Below, piece by piece: positions 1 through 12,074 of a DNA stretch of 47,600 bases. Location: positions 36,868,600-36,916,199 of the forward strand of contig NC_057718.1 in the NCBI RefSeq assembly GCF_004010195.1, read 5' to 3'. This stretch comes from Chiloscyllium plagiosum (taxonomy: Eukaryota). The stretch's first letter is position 1, and each line of letters begins with the position of its first letter. A program made the position numbers and the translations under genes. Under the pieces are notes generated by a model. That model worked only from the letters and a program-made list of their open reading frames with translations. It did no database searches and had not been told where the DNA came from.

Positions 1-3000
1 TTTTAGCCATCTCTCAGTTGGTTGCTCCAAATAGATGTTTTAGCACAGAGATGCATTATGCTGTAATAAAGAATGTTATGGATTAGATCAAAAATGAAGG
101 CATCAGTTAAAAGATTTTCGTGAATTAAAGAGGATTTTAAATACCTACTGAACCCCAAAATAAATCATAAAATGCACAATCAAAAATACCCACAAATATA
201 GATGATATGTTTAAAAGGGGACAGAATCTAATACCTCCAGGTAAAATAATATCTATCTAGTTTAAAAGTCCTTAAGGTGTTAAATTTTTAACCTTGATCA
301 TAATTACTTAGTTGATGGCTCATATCTCCAGTAGTGGTAATAATGTTTATAGATATCTTTAAGTTCTTGCAGCTAGGTGGTGCAACCTGTTTCTGTATTT
401 GTGAAAGTCTCCCACTGATCTTCTGTCATTTTAACCATTAACAGATTTGTCCAGTATGCAATAAAGTCCAAATTCAATCTTTAGATGCTGTAAAATAATG
501 TGGAGAACTTGACAAACAAAAGTGGTTCTTATATGTCTCCAATTCTATGTTTAAAGTGCTGCATTTGCAAAATTCATAAAAATTGCAGCTTAGAAAGTGT
601 GTTCCCTGGGAAAGCAGTAAGAAAGTTTAGTTCTCAGAGGGTTTAGCACTTTGAGATCCTGCTCTCTTACCAGACTGCACAACATACTGTAAAATTGATT
701 CAACATTTAATGACGTACTTTGTTCATATTATGTTATGAAATAGTATGAAATAATGTATTACCACACTAATTATATCTTATCTTCACACTATGTCTCTTG
801 GTTTTTGTTATAAATCAACATTCTTTGGCATACAGTTAAGTACTTTTTTGTACTTATTGAGTACTTTTTTCTCAATAATCAGCCGGCATTCTTTGGTTTG
901 AATTTTTCATTGTTCTTCCAGCAAAGATTAATTCCCTAATGTCTGTCATGGAGAAGACAGGAAATGAGTGGATAGTCTGTGAAGGATTTTCTTTGTTGTT
1001 TCTTTACCATATCAGGATTCTTTTCCATGGGAATTCACTGAACTTGACTTTGAATGTGAATAGAGCTTTTTTATTCCCCCTCCCATTTCTTCTGGCATTC
1101 CAGCACCATCTCAGTTTCGATCAGAGCCATTGCTGCCACTTAAGAGAAAAATATAGTGAAACTTCATGACAATTTGGTAAAAGAATGTGCCAATGCTTCA
1201 AAATATATAAACATTGGTGCCACTTATTCATTTAAAAAACTATTGTATTGGATACAGCCAGTGATGGATGGGATTCCTTGAACCATACAATTACATTGGG
1301 AAAGTTGAGTGCTTCTGGAAAAGGGAAAAAAATAGTAAAACTTGGAATTGACTCATACTGGCTCATCTTGTATACCTGAAAATGGAACTTACATACATTA
1401 ATTTCCCAGCTTTACAGTTTTCCTTCACATAAAAGGAAGAATTTTTGCATTAACAAAATATATATTTAGACACTTTGTGCACCAGAATTCTAACATTTGG
1501 AATTTAGTCATTAAATTGAAATTTTGATAACTCAAGGCTGTACTGCTCAGTACCATCAGCCAAGCACTGTTGAATGTATGTTTGTGAATTAAGCTTTTCC
1601 TGTTGAGGATGGTCAGGCATAGGGTAGAGATAAGGGTACAAAAGAAAATTGTACACATTGCTTTAATTTGAATATGGTAAAACAATACAACAATTGCAAA
1701 TAATGTGGAGGAAAACTGAACATATTGTACAATGCTATTGTTGTCTCAGATCCAAACTGCCAAGGCATTTTCCATTTCTCTTTGCTCTCCACATTATACA
1801 GTACATGAGCAGACATGCAGACTTTTCATGTCTAATCTGCTGCCATCACATTGCATTGGATTTACTCTCACAATCACATTCTTTCTGATCTTACATCAAA
1901 TAGTGTCAGTGTTCACTTTATCTATGTTAAGGAACTTGTGTAGAAACACAAGTAGTTTTTTTTAGCCATTGCACTTCAGAATATGCAATACTTAGAATAA
2001 GCTTCATGGAGTGTGTTCATGTTTGATTATGCATTTTGTAGAAACAAATTAGCTTACTGATGATGTTACATTTTTCAGTTGTGCAAAGTTTCAACTTGAC
2101 CTTGGGGTAAAAGGCATCTTGTTAGTAAGAATGTCTATTAAGAACTTGAAAGCACAGTAACTAGGTAATCTATATATTCGCAGCATGTACATTCTATAAT
2201 CTTTATGAAACAGGAATGATTAGATTTGGGAAGGACAGTTTTATTGACACTGTCATATATTAATGATTTGGATTTATTCTAAGCATAAGAAATCATATGT
2301 TTGCTGCAATGTATTCTGTTTGATGTTTGTAAAAAGAAATGTATTCATTGCATTTTCATAAATTGCAATAGGACAGCTATGGGTCATCCATGTCATTAGT
2401 CCAGTCCTATCATATATCTTCATTAAAAATAAAGCACCAATGTGTGTTACTAATTATGATTAATCAAAATGACAAACTGGATCAGTTGTTAGAGTTAACT
2501 ATTGACCAACAATTCAACCATAATTCATTACCAGTTTATCTACACAAGTACTACAAATATCTTCCACCCAGCTAACTCCTTGCTTTGAAAACCCACTCCT
2601 TCCATGATGCCTCCCTCTATACGCTGATATTACTTTGCTGCCATCTTATGGCAGGTGACTCCATAACCACATCTGCCACGTCTGTCTCAGGGTAAGTGTT
2701 AAAGATTACAGAATGGAATTTGATGATAGTTATTTTACATAAGGCAGCATTTCAGAGATAAGCCAGAACGGGCCAGGATTCACTATAAAAATGGTGTGAC
2801 TAACTGCACTCACTGTGATCAAAGCTCAACTCAGACATTAATATCAGGAGAACAAAAATACATAGCTAACTCTAAAAATCCAAAATTGTTCAGATTGTGT
2901 AAAGGTAGAACTCATTGTCTGGCTTCTATTTGACTCTATTGAACAGTGGGCACTTTAATTGTACATATAGTCTAAACTGATCACAAAATGTTAGGTCTTG

Positions 3001-3214
3001 CATCTACCTATCACCTTTCCAGCTATCCTTCCCCCACCCTCTTATTTATTTCTAAGGTCAACTCCCCCCCCCCCCCCCCCAAAACATTCCTGATGAAGGG
3101 CTTATGTCAAAACGTTGACTCTCCTGCTCCTCAGATGCTGCCTGACCTGCTGTGCTTTTCCAGCACCACACTTTTCGACTCAGAGCTCCAGCTTCTGCAG
3201 TCCTCACTTTCGCC
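3001..3214 (+). mobile_element. Penelope-like element 3' end (pLTR fragment) with C17 run and decayed hammerhead core
   Basis: CCTGATGAAGGGCTTATGTCAAAACGTTGACTCTCCTGCTCCTCAGATGCTGCCTGACCTGCTG matches the family repeated at 10987, 46685 and 47455; poly-C at 3064-3080. Confidence 0.8.
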
Positions 3215-3654
3215 TTGTCCAGTTCAACCTCAGTTGACATTTAATGGCATAATAAGTCTTAATTACTATTGAATAGTCATGCAGATGTTCTAACTGAACT
3301 GTTACAAGTATGGAAGGTTTTAATACTTCTTAGAAGTTTTGAAATGTAAAATGTTTTAAACATTTTTATATCTTGTCCTGACTCTTTTAATATATTTCTT
3401 TCTTTCTCTTTAACTCACTTTCTGTAACTATTTTCCTAATTCGCTACTTTAACTTATACTTCCTGGTTTAGTCAGTGATATTCATTAACTATGCCTGATT
3501 GCAATTGATTAAGTAAACATTTACGTTCCAATGTCCTGTGGAGGCTGCAGCACCATTTGAACCTCTCATTTATAGCAATACCCAATGAAAAAGATAAGAG
3601 AATTTAAATGTGCATGGATAAGTTTAACACAGTGGATCCTACTTACTTAATAGC

Positions 3655-3972
3655 AAAGGTCTTTTCCATAAGGTGGGTGAGTTCAAACTAGAGGGCATAT
3701 TTTTAAAGTGAGAGGGGAAAGATTTAAAAAGGACATGGGGGCAATTTTTTTAATGCAGTGAGTGGTTATGTGTGGAATGAACTGCCAGGAGGAAATGGTG
3801 AATGCAGGCACAGTTACAACATTTAAAAGACATTTGGATATGTACATGAATAGGAAAGGTTTGGAAGGATATGGGTCAAATGAAGGCAAGTGGGACTGGT
3901 TTAGTTTGGGAACCTGGTTGGCGTGGTCTAGTTGGACCAAAGGGTGTGTTTCCATGCTGTATGACTCTATGA
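3655..3972 (+). mobile_element. CR1 LINE 3' end
   Basis: ORF2 C-terminus ...VNAGTVTTFKRHLDMYMNRKGLEGYG, then 3' UTR ending in (ATGACTCT)n-type tail. Confidence 0.9.
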
Positions 3973-4049
3973 GTAAGTGGTGTAAATGTATCCAGTAAAA
4001 TCATCAGCGATATCTGCTGTTCAAAAATAAAAAGAAAATTATGAGATAA

Positions 4050-4393
4050 AGGTTTAGAGAGAGAAGATGACCACATGCGAGACCAACCTTTGCCATGTCC
4101 ATCAGAGCTGATTACACAGCCTGACCAAGTTTAACTGAACAGGTAGGACCTGGTCCTAGCCTGTTGTGAGTAGTGATTTAGATAAGGATTGAGGCAAAGA
4201 CTAAATGTTTTGATTGGTGGACTAATTAATGTAAGAATCAGCAATTTTATAGCTAACGAGCAGTGTTTTAATAGCACTCAGCCATACAGCACCTTTTGCA
4301 TCTTTAGTATATTTTGGGAATAAAGTTGCCTTGAATTTATGTATTGATTCTGACTCTTTTGCTTGTCTTACAAATATAGTACTCAAGTAAAAC
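4050..4393 (+). mobile_element. Putative LTR of a Gypsy-like element (left boundary uncertain)
   Basis: TGATTGG (reverse CCAAT), AATAAA at ~4319, end ...GTAAAACA followed by PBS-like TGGAGAAACTGGC, then gag-like coding remnant. Confidence 0.45.
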
Positions 4394-4653
4394 AAGCTTA
4401 TGGAGAAACTGGCTGTGGTGTCCAAAGAATGGATGGCATTGATGTCTCTGGATGGACTTTGATAAGCATTAGCCAGTGGTTGCTCTGAAGTCGAATTCCA
4501 CTAGCGTTGTATTCCTAAATATCCAACAAAGCCTGGATTAAGACGGCAGCTGCCCCACATCACAGCCAGGATTCAAGTGGGTGAATGAGGATAGAGACAG
4601 CTGATCAGTAATTGGAATACACATCAGGTCTGGGAGTGAGACAAATAAAACAG

Positions 4654-4741
4654 AGCTGAAAATGTGTTGCTGGAAAAGTGCAGCAGGTCAGGCAGCATCC
4701 AAGGAACAGGAGAATCAACGTTTCAGGCATAAGCCCTTCTC
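4654..4741 (-). mobile_element. 88-bp PLE pLTR micro-insertion with 15-bp flanking duplication
   Basis: AGACAAATAAAACAG at 4639-4653 and 4742-4756 brackets the PLE fragment. Confidence 0.85.
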
Positions 4742-5276
4742 AGACAAATAAAACAGCCCAGTTTTGAAGCTCAACTAGTCACGGAGGAAGGGTAAAATCG
4801 ATCAGACAGCCATGAGGGGGTGAGTCATTTATCTCTTGTGCATTGGACTCAGATGGACTGGATGAGAATTTAGTGTAAGCTGGACCCTGACCCCTGACCC
4901 CAGTCACTTTCCTAGCCATTAAGCAGACCCCAGAGAACAGGAGAGCAGACTGCTCAGCGTGAGAGGAAACCCTCAGGAAATATCTGTATAGAAAGTGAGC
5001 TAAATACTACACTAAAGTGGTACTGGGTCTGAAGAGCAAAATTGCCAGAGGGGTGGGGATGTGCAGGAAGAGTTAGGTAAACAAGGCCCCAAATTAAATA
5101 AGGCTACAGTGATAGTCAGCAGTGTGGAACAAATAAAAAGCAGAGATGTAGAAAATGTAAAGCTTAAAGAAGAAATAAGGAATGCAAAGATCAGAATCGA
5201 GCAAATGCAGGTCAAAATTCAAGAGCAGGACTTGCTGTACATTGGCCAGTTTCTGGAGAGAAGGAGAACAAAGTTT

Positions 5277-5624
5277 GGGATGGCACAGTGGCTCAGTGGT
5301 TAGCACTGCTGCCTCACAGCGCCAGGGACTCGGATTTAATTCCAGCCTCGGGCAACTGCCTGTGTGGAGTTTACACATTCTCCCTGTGGCTGTGTGGGTT
5401 TCCACCAGGTGCTCCGGTTTTCTCTCACAGTCCAAATGTGTAGGTTAGGTGAATTGGCTGTACTAGATTGCCCATAGTATTCAGGGCTGTGTGAGTTAGG
5501 TGTATTACTCAGGGGTAGATAGAGGGTAGGGAGAATAAATCTGTGTGGGTTACTCTTTGGAGGGTCGGTGTGGAATTATTGGGCCAAAAGGACAAAAGGT
5601 TGTTTCCACTCTGTAGGGATTCTT
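5277..5624 (+). mobile_element. HE1-type V-SINE (tRNA head, V-domain, CR1-like tail)
   Basis: A box TGGCTCAGTGG, B-box-like GGATTTAATTCC, V-domain GTGTGGAGTTTACACATTCTCCCTGTG...GGTGCTCCGGTTT. Confidence 0.9.
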
Positions 5625-5869
5625 AAAAAATGTGTAAGAATGTGTAATCCACAAACATGACATGGCCCAAAAAGCCAGGACTGAGCTAGCTGAGAAATGT
5701 AGTAATATGCAGGCGGTGGTCATGGCTCTTTGCCAAGCAAAGCAAGAGAGTAAAGACTGTGCTTCACATCACTTGAAGTGCTAGCATGAGATTGATAGAT
5801 TCAAGTCCCAACTTGCAGTCCAGAAAAGGAAACTCTATGCCTTTAGAAATGTAGGGCAGAGACAGTAGC

Positions 5870-5967
5870 AAGAGGCATTTAGATAGACTGTGAATAAAGA
5901 GCTATGGACCATGTGCAGGCACATGGGTTTAGGTTCGAACAGCATCATAGTCGATACAGACATCATG
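5870..5967 (+). mobile_element. Short CR1 3' fragment
   Basis: AAGAGGCATTTAGATAGAC (KRHLD) followed by 3' UTR-like sequence. Confidence 0.6.
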
Positions 5968-5974
5968 TTCTAAG

Positions 5975-7860
5975 TTCTGTCTCTGGCCACCACAATGCCT
6001 CAGTGTCTCCAGTGTTTTCTTTCCAGTGCATCATTTTGAAAGGAAGCTGGAAGGCTATTATACAAAAATAAATAATCCATGAGGTGCTGTTGGGACCAAA
6101 GTATATGATCTTGACCACCTTGTGGAGTCTTTGGTCTCACCATCCTCAAAAAAAAATGACAAACAGTAGCTCACTTTGTCTTTGTCACTTTTTTGTTCAG
6201 CCTCTTTTGGCTTTTTGGCCATGTGTTTCTTCTCAGCTGTATGAAACATCTCTTTCGTGTCATGGTAAGTAACCTTAATAGATACTTCCTTCCTTTTGGG
6301 TTCTGCCATGGGTTTAAGAAGCCCAATGAAGTCTTCTTTTGGTTTGTTTTCTTGAGCAGTTATTTGACAATGGTTTTGTTCCTGGACGAGTTTTTCTCTG
6401 TGAGATAGTTATGTAATTCGCCAAAGGAAATCGAAGTTATGACATGCATGCAGGTGGAAAATGAAATTGATTGTGAATAGTATATATTTGCAATCGCCTT
6501 ATGTGTGGTGTACTGTAGTGCAATGTGTAGCATTCAACTGTTGCTGAATTTCACCATGAAGTCTCATCTCTCTAGGCTGTAGGTTTTGCCTATTTAGCCA
6601 TTGTATCTTTTTTCCATTACTTCTCAATTTTCCAATGAATCCTATTACAGGAAAGCAGAATTAGCTTTCTACCTTCACAATATTCCTTGTAATCTGTGTT
6701 CTTTACTTTGTGTTCTTGCATTTATGAATGTTGTTTTAATTTGAATTAGTATATAGCTTGCTGTACAACAGTATTTGTCAAATTTTAAAAGTTCTCTATT
6801 ACATTACAAATTGTATTAAGTTCTTCAGTAAATCTTTGCATTTCATGACTAGCTGTTGTGTAGTGATTCACTGGGCAATCTGTTTAAGGTTTTTTATATA
6901 TAACTCTAATTTTTCCTTGGAGTTTCTGCTTTTTTGAGGGCTTTCTACATTTAAAAAAATTATTAAAATAGTGACTACCTGCTTCTGTGAGGTTTTTCCA
7001 ATTTGGAGTTTTCCCACTTCTTCCCAGTAAAATGGAAGTCTTTCTACCTTTCATGGTCTAAAACACAAAACATGTTATTGTAGCCAACTCTTTTTAAAAA
7101 GGTTCCCTGGTGTGGCTTTTTTATATCTTCCCACTAAAATTACAGTTTAATTGTTGAATTACGGTCCTTGACATTTTTTTTCTTCTTTTGGAGTTTTCCA
7201 CTAGGTTTCTTTAAATTTACTTGTTTTCAATTGTAATAAATTCAGAGGCCTTCTGGGTCCTATAGTTCAAGATTTCTTTTCTGGTTCTTTTCATGATCCT
7301 AGTAGCAGTGCCATCTGATTTCTATGGCAACATTGCTCTATGTGTGAAGTGAGACCTACCTATTACATGTCTTTGCCCCCACCCGGGGCGTTCCGTAGAG
7401 ATTACTAACTCTACTTCTTGGCCCTTTCAGTTGTTCCTGACAGAGCCACTTTCACTCAGGTTTCTGTATTTTCGAAGTGTGGCTTGCTTTTCACTATTTA
7501 TTCAGCCTTTTCTTGCCCCAGCAAATGTTAGTAGCTTCTAAATGAAGTTTTACCTTTCTGTTGTTTCCACAGTTGCTGGTTTCTCACTCGATCAATAATT
7601 ATATTTCACTGGCTGTCTGCGTTTATTTTAAAGCAGTACTACTTACACAGGTGCTTCAATTTTTTCTTCTTTTCATCTGGGTCTTCTGGTTTGCTTCTCC
7701 TCATTGTGTGGGTCAGATCTGACATGGTATTTCCTCCAGTGATTATCCCCGATACCTTGCAGTATTTGACATGTATACCACTCTGTGCATCTGGATAAGG
7801 ATTGCTTTAGATTTGCTGTCACCAATTCTCTTCTGTCTTTATTTGTCAGGACCTAGACTG
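5975..7860 (-). mobile_element. Ancient LINE 5' half (L2/CR1 group): ORF1 with PHD-like and RRM-like remnants, start of APE endonuclease
   Basis: Minus strand strongly A-rich. Frameshifted KSKAI..RCTEW.HVKYCKVS (~7750-7820, PHD-like), IGKTYSLER*DFMVKFS (~6545-6595, like RLGK..RPIIVKF), GIVVARD (~5980-6000, like IVxGDFN). Confidence 0.45.
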
Positions 7861-7950
7861 ATATGGTAAAATCCTGGACATTAACTCAGTTTCTCTCTCA
7901 ATGGATAGTGACAGATCTGCTGAGTATTTCCAACATTTTCCGTTTTTTTG
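7858..7950 (+). mobile_element. Decayed half of a palindromic PLE-derived element
   Basis: ATTAACTCAGTTTCTCTCTC...GATCTGCTGAGTATTTCCAACATTTTCCGTTTTT resembles the right arm of 16741-16975. Confidence 0.6.
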
Positions 7951-8063
7951 TACTTGATTTGTAGGATTTAACTCTCACCATTCATTTAACAAAATTTCTT
8001 TTAGATCAGTTTTGTCTCTGGCAGTACAGTGCAAACTTGGAGTTTTCCTAAAACTCCCTCTTT

Positions 8064-8210
8064 AACATTGTGCATGTACCTACACTGAATGAAGTGCAGT
8101 GATTCAAGAAGGTAGATCACCATCACCTTCTCAAGCACAACAAGGGAGAGACAATAAATCCTAGCCTAGCAAGTGTTCCCCACATCCTCTGAATGAACAT
8201 TAAAAAATAA
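8064..8210 (+). mobile_element. 3' end of CR1/L2-group LINE
   Basis: TTCAAGAAGGTAGATCACCATCACCTTCTCAAG...AATAAA...CCCACATCCTCTGAATGAA plus A-tail; same family as 9321-12070. Confidence 0.75.
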
Positions 8211-8857
8211 AGTTTGTTTACATTGATGTGGAAGTGCGACACATCAACGAAAGGTAAATTATTGTCAAAGACAATTCATACTACAATGTTATCCACATTA
8301 CTCTCTGCATTTTGTATGGCACTGGATCTGTAAGAGATAACATTTTTTGAAACTTCAGAACAAAACATACACTTGCCTGGCATTTTTCCAAGTTCAAAAG
8401 GTGTGTCTGTAATATATTTTTAACATGTGGAAGAGCCAGTTCTGATAATTCCAGTCTAAGAACACTGTGTGCCACATTTTCCTATGCACTGTCTGGCACT
8501 GAAACTATTGACTGAGCTTTTGCCAGCAATAGAAGGAAGCAGGCCATTATTTTATAGAAGTGAACAGCAGGGAAGTGAGTAATTGCTAAAAACATTGACA
8601 GCGACCTGAGGATACATACATGTAACTCCTTAATAAACCATCTTATCCACTCTATCCTACTGCTTCTAAAGTGAACATGACCACTGAAAAGGGGAAAGGG
8701 TGCAGATAATTAATCATTGTACTTTTGTGAAATCAAGATACAGAAGAAATTAAGCTCTATATCTGAATGACTGAGATTATCACAAATTACTGTGTTCCCT
8801 TCATTTTGCTGCTTTCATACAATATGCTCATAAAACCTGATGTTCTAATATTAGTCT

Positions 8858-9092
8858 TGGGAATTCCCAGCATAATCTCTCTGCTTCACCGCCTCATTTT
8901 CTTGCTTTTAGACATTCCTTAAAACCTATCTCTCTAACTAAGCTTTTAGTTATTTTCCCAAATTAACTATGTATAATTAAATAAATAAATAAATACCTCT
9001 TTACATGACCTAGTGTCATTTGGTTTTACATTACCTTTGTGAAGCATCTTGGGGTGTTTTAATACAGTAAAGGTGCTATACAGATACATGTC
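8858..9092 (+). mobile_element. Old L2 3' end / L2-type tail
   Basis: CCTTAAAACCTATCTC (LKTYL), then TGTGAAGCATCTTGGG...AAAGGTGCTATACAGATACA. Confidence 0.6.
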
Positions 9093-10685
9093 TTTTCAAA
9101 ATATTGCACAGGAGACTTGTGCTCATGGGTGACTGGTCACCTTCTGCTGCACTGTTCTGTGGCTTTTCACTCGGGTGAGGCATCTCCTTTACAGTATGCA
9201 GTTCGCGAACATTGTCAGTCCTTACATAATTCTGAAAAGAAGCTGTTTGCTAAACAGACATCTGACTCAGCTCATTTATTCTTTTAAAATCCATCAGCAC
9301 TATCGTGGTCTCCTTGAACTTTTCATTCACTTGTAGGATATGGGCCTCAGAGAATGATCCGGCACTCATTGCCTGTACCTGGGTGAAGGTGGTGCTGAGC
9401 TGCCTTCTTGACCGCTGCAGTCCATGTGTTGTAGGTAAACCCACAATGCCCTTGGGGAGATTGCCAGGATTTTGACCAGTGACAGTGAATGAAGAGTTAT
9501 ATATTTCCAAGTCAGGATGGGAATGGATTGGAGTGGAAATTGCAGGTGGTGGTATTCTTATATATCTTCTATCTTTGCGCTTCTAGGTAGAAGTGATTGT
9601 GGGTTTGGAAGGTGCTGTCTAATAATCTTTGGCAAATTTCTGCAGCACATCTTGTGTATTATACACATTGCTGCAACTGAGCATCAATAGTGAAGTGACT
9701 TGAGTGTTTATGGATGTGGTGCCAATCAAATGGTGCTTTGTCCTAGATGGTGTCAAGCTTCTTGAGTGTTTTTGGAACTGTATTCATCCAGGCAAGTGGG
9801 GAGTATTCCATCATACTGTTGGATTATGCCTGGTAGGTTGGACACATGCTTTGGGAAGTCAGGAGGTGCGTATTCCCAGCTTCTGACCTGCTCTTGGAGC
9901 CACTGTATTTATATGGTGGGTACAGTTGAGTTTCTGGTCAAATGTAACCCCCAGAATGTTGATAGTGGGGGATTCAGTGATGGTAACACAATTGAAAGTC
10001 AAAGGGTGGTGGTTAGATTGTGTCTTATTGGAGACTATCATAGCCTGACATTTGTGTAGCGTGAATGTCACTTGCCACTTGTCAGCCCAAGCCTGGATAT
10101 TGTCCAGATATTGTTGCATTTGAACATGGACTGCTTCAGTCTATGAAGAGTGGTGAATGGTGTTGACCATTGTGCAATCATCAGCAAACATCCCATATCG
10201 GACCATGATGGAAGGAAGGTCATTGATGAAGCAGCTGAAGATAGTTGGACCTAGGATACCACCCTGAGGAACTCCCACAGAGATATCCTGAGGCTGAGAT
10301 GACTGATCTCCAACAACCATAATCATCTTCCTATGTGCTGCGTATGACCCAAACCAATGGAGAGTTTATCACCTAATTTCCATTGACTCCCTCAGTTTTG
10401 CGAGGGCTCCTTCATGCCACATTCAAACAAATGTAATCTTGATGTCAAGGGCTGTCACTCTCACCTCAGCTCTGGAATTCCGCTCTTTTGTCCATGTTTG
10501 AACCAATGATGTAATGAAGTCAGGAGTTGAGTTGCCTGCAGAACCCAAACTGAATGTCACTGAGCAGGTCATTGCTGAGCAAATGCTGCTTGGTAGTACT
10601 GTTGAAGACACCCTCCATCACTTTACTGATGATCAAGAGTAGAGTGATGGGGCAGGTTGATTTGTCCTGGACATACCTGGGCAAT

Positions 10686-11112
10686 GTTCCTTGGATGCTG
10701 CCTGACCTGCTGCGCTTTTCCAGCAACACATTTTCAGCTCTGATCTCCAGCATCTGCAGCCCTCACTTTCTCCTCGAAGATTTTAATCTACTGCGAATCC
10801 TCTTACAAGGATGCCTTCCTTGAAGAAGCTCCATTCCTCCCTCTACAAGGATTTCAGTGAGTCCCTCTCTCACTGCACACCCCAGGTCAACTACCTCCCT
10901 CCACCTATCGCATTTCCAAATCCCCTCTCCCAAGGTCCCTCCTCCCTACCTTTTATCTTAGCCTGCTGGACACACTTTCCTCATTCCTGAAGAAGGGCTT
11001 ATGCCTGAAACGTCGATTCTCCTGTTCCTTGGATGCTGCCTGACCTGCTGCACTTTTCCAGCAACACATTTTCAGCTCTGATCTCCAGCATCTGCAGCCC
11101 TCATTTTCTCCC
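10686..11112 (+). mobile_element. PLE insertion with two 88-bp direct terminal repeats (pLTR-type)
   Basis: Repeats 10686-10773 and 11024-11111; CAAT duplicated at 10682-10685 and 11113-11116; host LINE reads through ACCTGGGCAAT|TTTCTACATTG. Confidence 0.85.
10982..11019 (+). ncRNA. Minimal hammerhead-ribozyme-like motif of the PLE
   Basis: CTGAAGA-A-GGGC-TTAT-GCCT-GAAA-CGTC; helix I is weak. Confidence 0.55.
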
Positions 11113-11201
11113 CAATTTTCTACATTGTTGGGTAGATGCCAGTGTAGTAACTGTACTGGGACATCTTGGGTAGGGGAGCGGCAAGTTCTGGAGCACAAGT
11201 C

Positions 11202-11928
11202 ATAGAGTCATAGAATCATAGAGATGTACAGCACGGAAACAGACCCTTCGGTCCAACCCGTTCATACCAACCAGATATCCCAACCCAATCTAGTCCCATC
11301 TGCCAGCACCCAGCCCATATCCCTCCAACCCTTCCTATTCATATACCCTTCCAAATGCCTTTTAAATGTTGCAACTGTACAGCCTCCACCACATCCTCTG
11401 GCAGCTCATTCCATACACGCACCACCGGCACCTCACCTGTGACTATCGATGACACAAAAATCTCAGTAAGAGGCCCAGCAATTACTTCCCTACCTTTCCG
11501 CAGAGTTCTCTGGTGCACCTGATCAGGTCCTGGGGATTTATCCACTTTCATGTGTTTCAAGACATCCAACACTTCCTCCTCTGTAATATGGACATTTGTC
11601 AAGATGTCACCATCTATTTTCCTACATTCTACATCTTCCATGTCCTTTTCCACAGTGTACACTGGTGCAAAATACTCGTTTAGTATCTCCCCATCTCCTG
11701 CGGCTCCCCGCTGCAGCTGCCTTGCTGATCTTTGAAGAGCTCTATTCTCTCCCTAGTTCCCCTTTTGTCCTTAATGTATTTTAAAAACCCTTTGGATTCT
11801 CCTTAACTCCTATTTGCCAAAGCTATCTCATGTCCTCTTTTTGCCCTCCTGATTTCCCTCTTAAGTATACTCCTACTGCCTTCATACTCTTCTAAGGATT
11901 CACATGACCTATCCTATCTATACCTAAC
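11202..11928 (-). mobile_element. Young CR1, internally deleted, inserted in the CR1/L2-group LINE
   Basis: ITEEEVLDVLKHMKVDKSPGPD...PLTEIFVSSIVTGEVP joined directly to VVRVWNELPEDVV; AGTC duplicated at 11198-11201 and 11929-11932. Confidence 0.9.
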
Positions 11929-12074
11929 AGTCTTCAGTACTACTGCCAGAATATTTTCAGGGCCTATTGCCTTTGCATCCAGTGACTCCAACCATTTCTT
12001 GATATCACGCGGAGTGAATCGAATTGGCCAAAGACTGGTATCTGTAATGCTGGGGACCCCGGGAGGAGGCTACT

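Larger units (their letters stand above)
4400..5870 (+). mobile_element. Decayed LTR-retrotransposon leader and coiled-coil gag N-terminus, interrupted by a PLE fragment and a SINE
   Basis: QEELGKQGPKLNKATVIV...KLKEEIRNAKIRIEQMQVKIQEQ (5061-5276) resumes after the SINE as HKHDMAQKARTELAEKCSNMQAVVMAL...HHLKC*HEIDRFKSQLAVQK. Confidence 0.5.
9321..12070 (-). mobile_element. CR1/L2-group LINE ORF2 (RT), 5'-truncated, hosting PLE and CR1 insertions
   Basis: GVPQGGILGPTIFSCFINDLPS..MFADD (10141-10326), LDNIQAWADKWQVTFTLHKC (9859-10119), TALDIK (10423-10611). Confidence 0.9.

Noticed and set aside
2572..2697. Exon ending at strong donor CAGG|GTAAGT
   Set aside because: The longer version has stops in all frames and the 37-nt version has no recognisable product or partner exons.
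1..2980. 3' UTR or coding exons in the AT-rich start
   Set aside because: Only short low-information ORFs and no recognisable motif; cannot be assigned from sequence alone.
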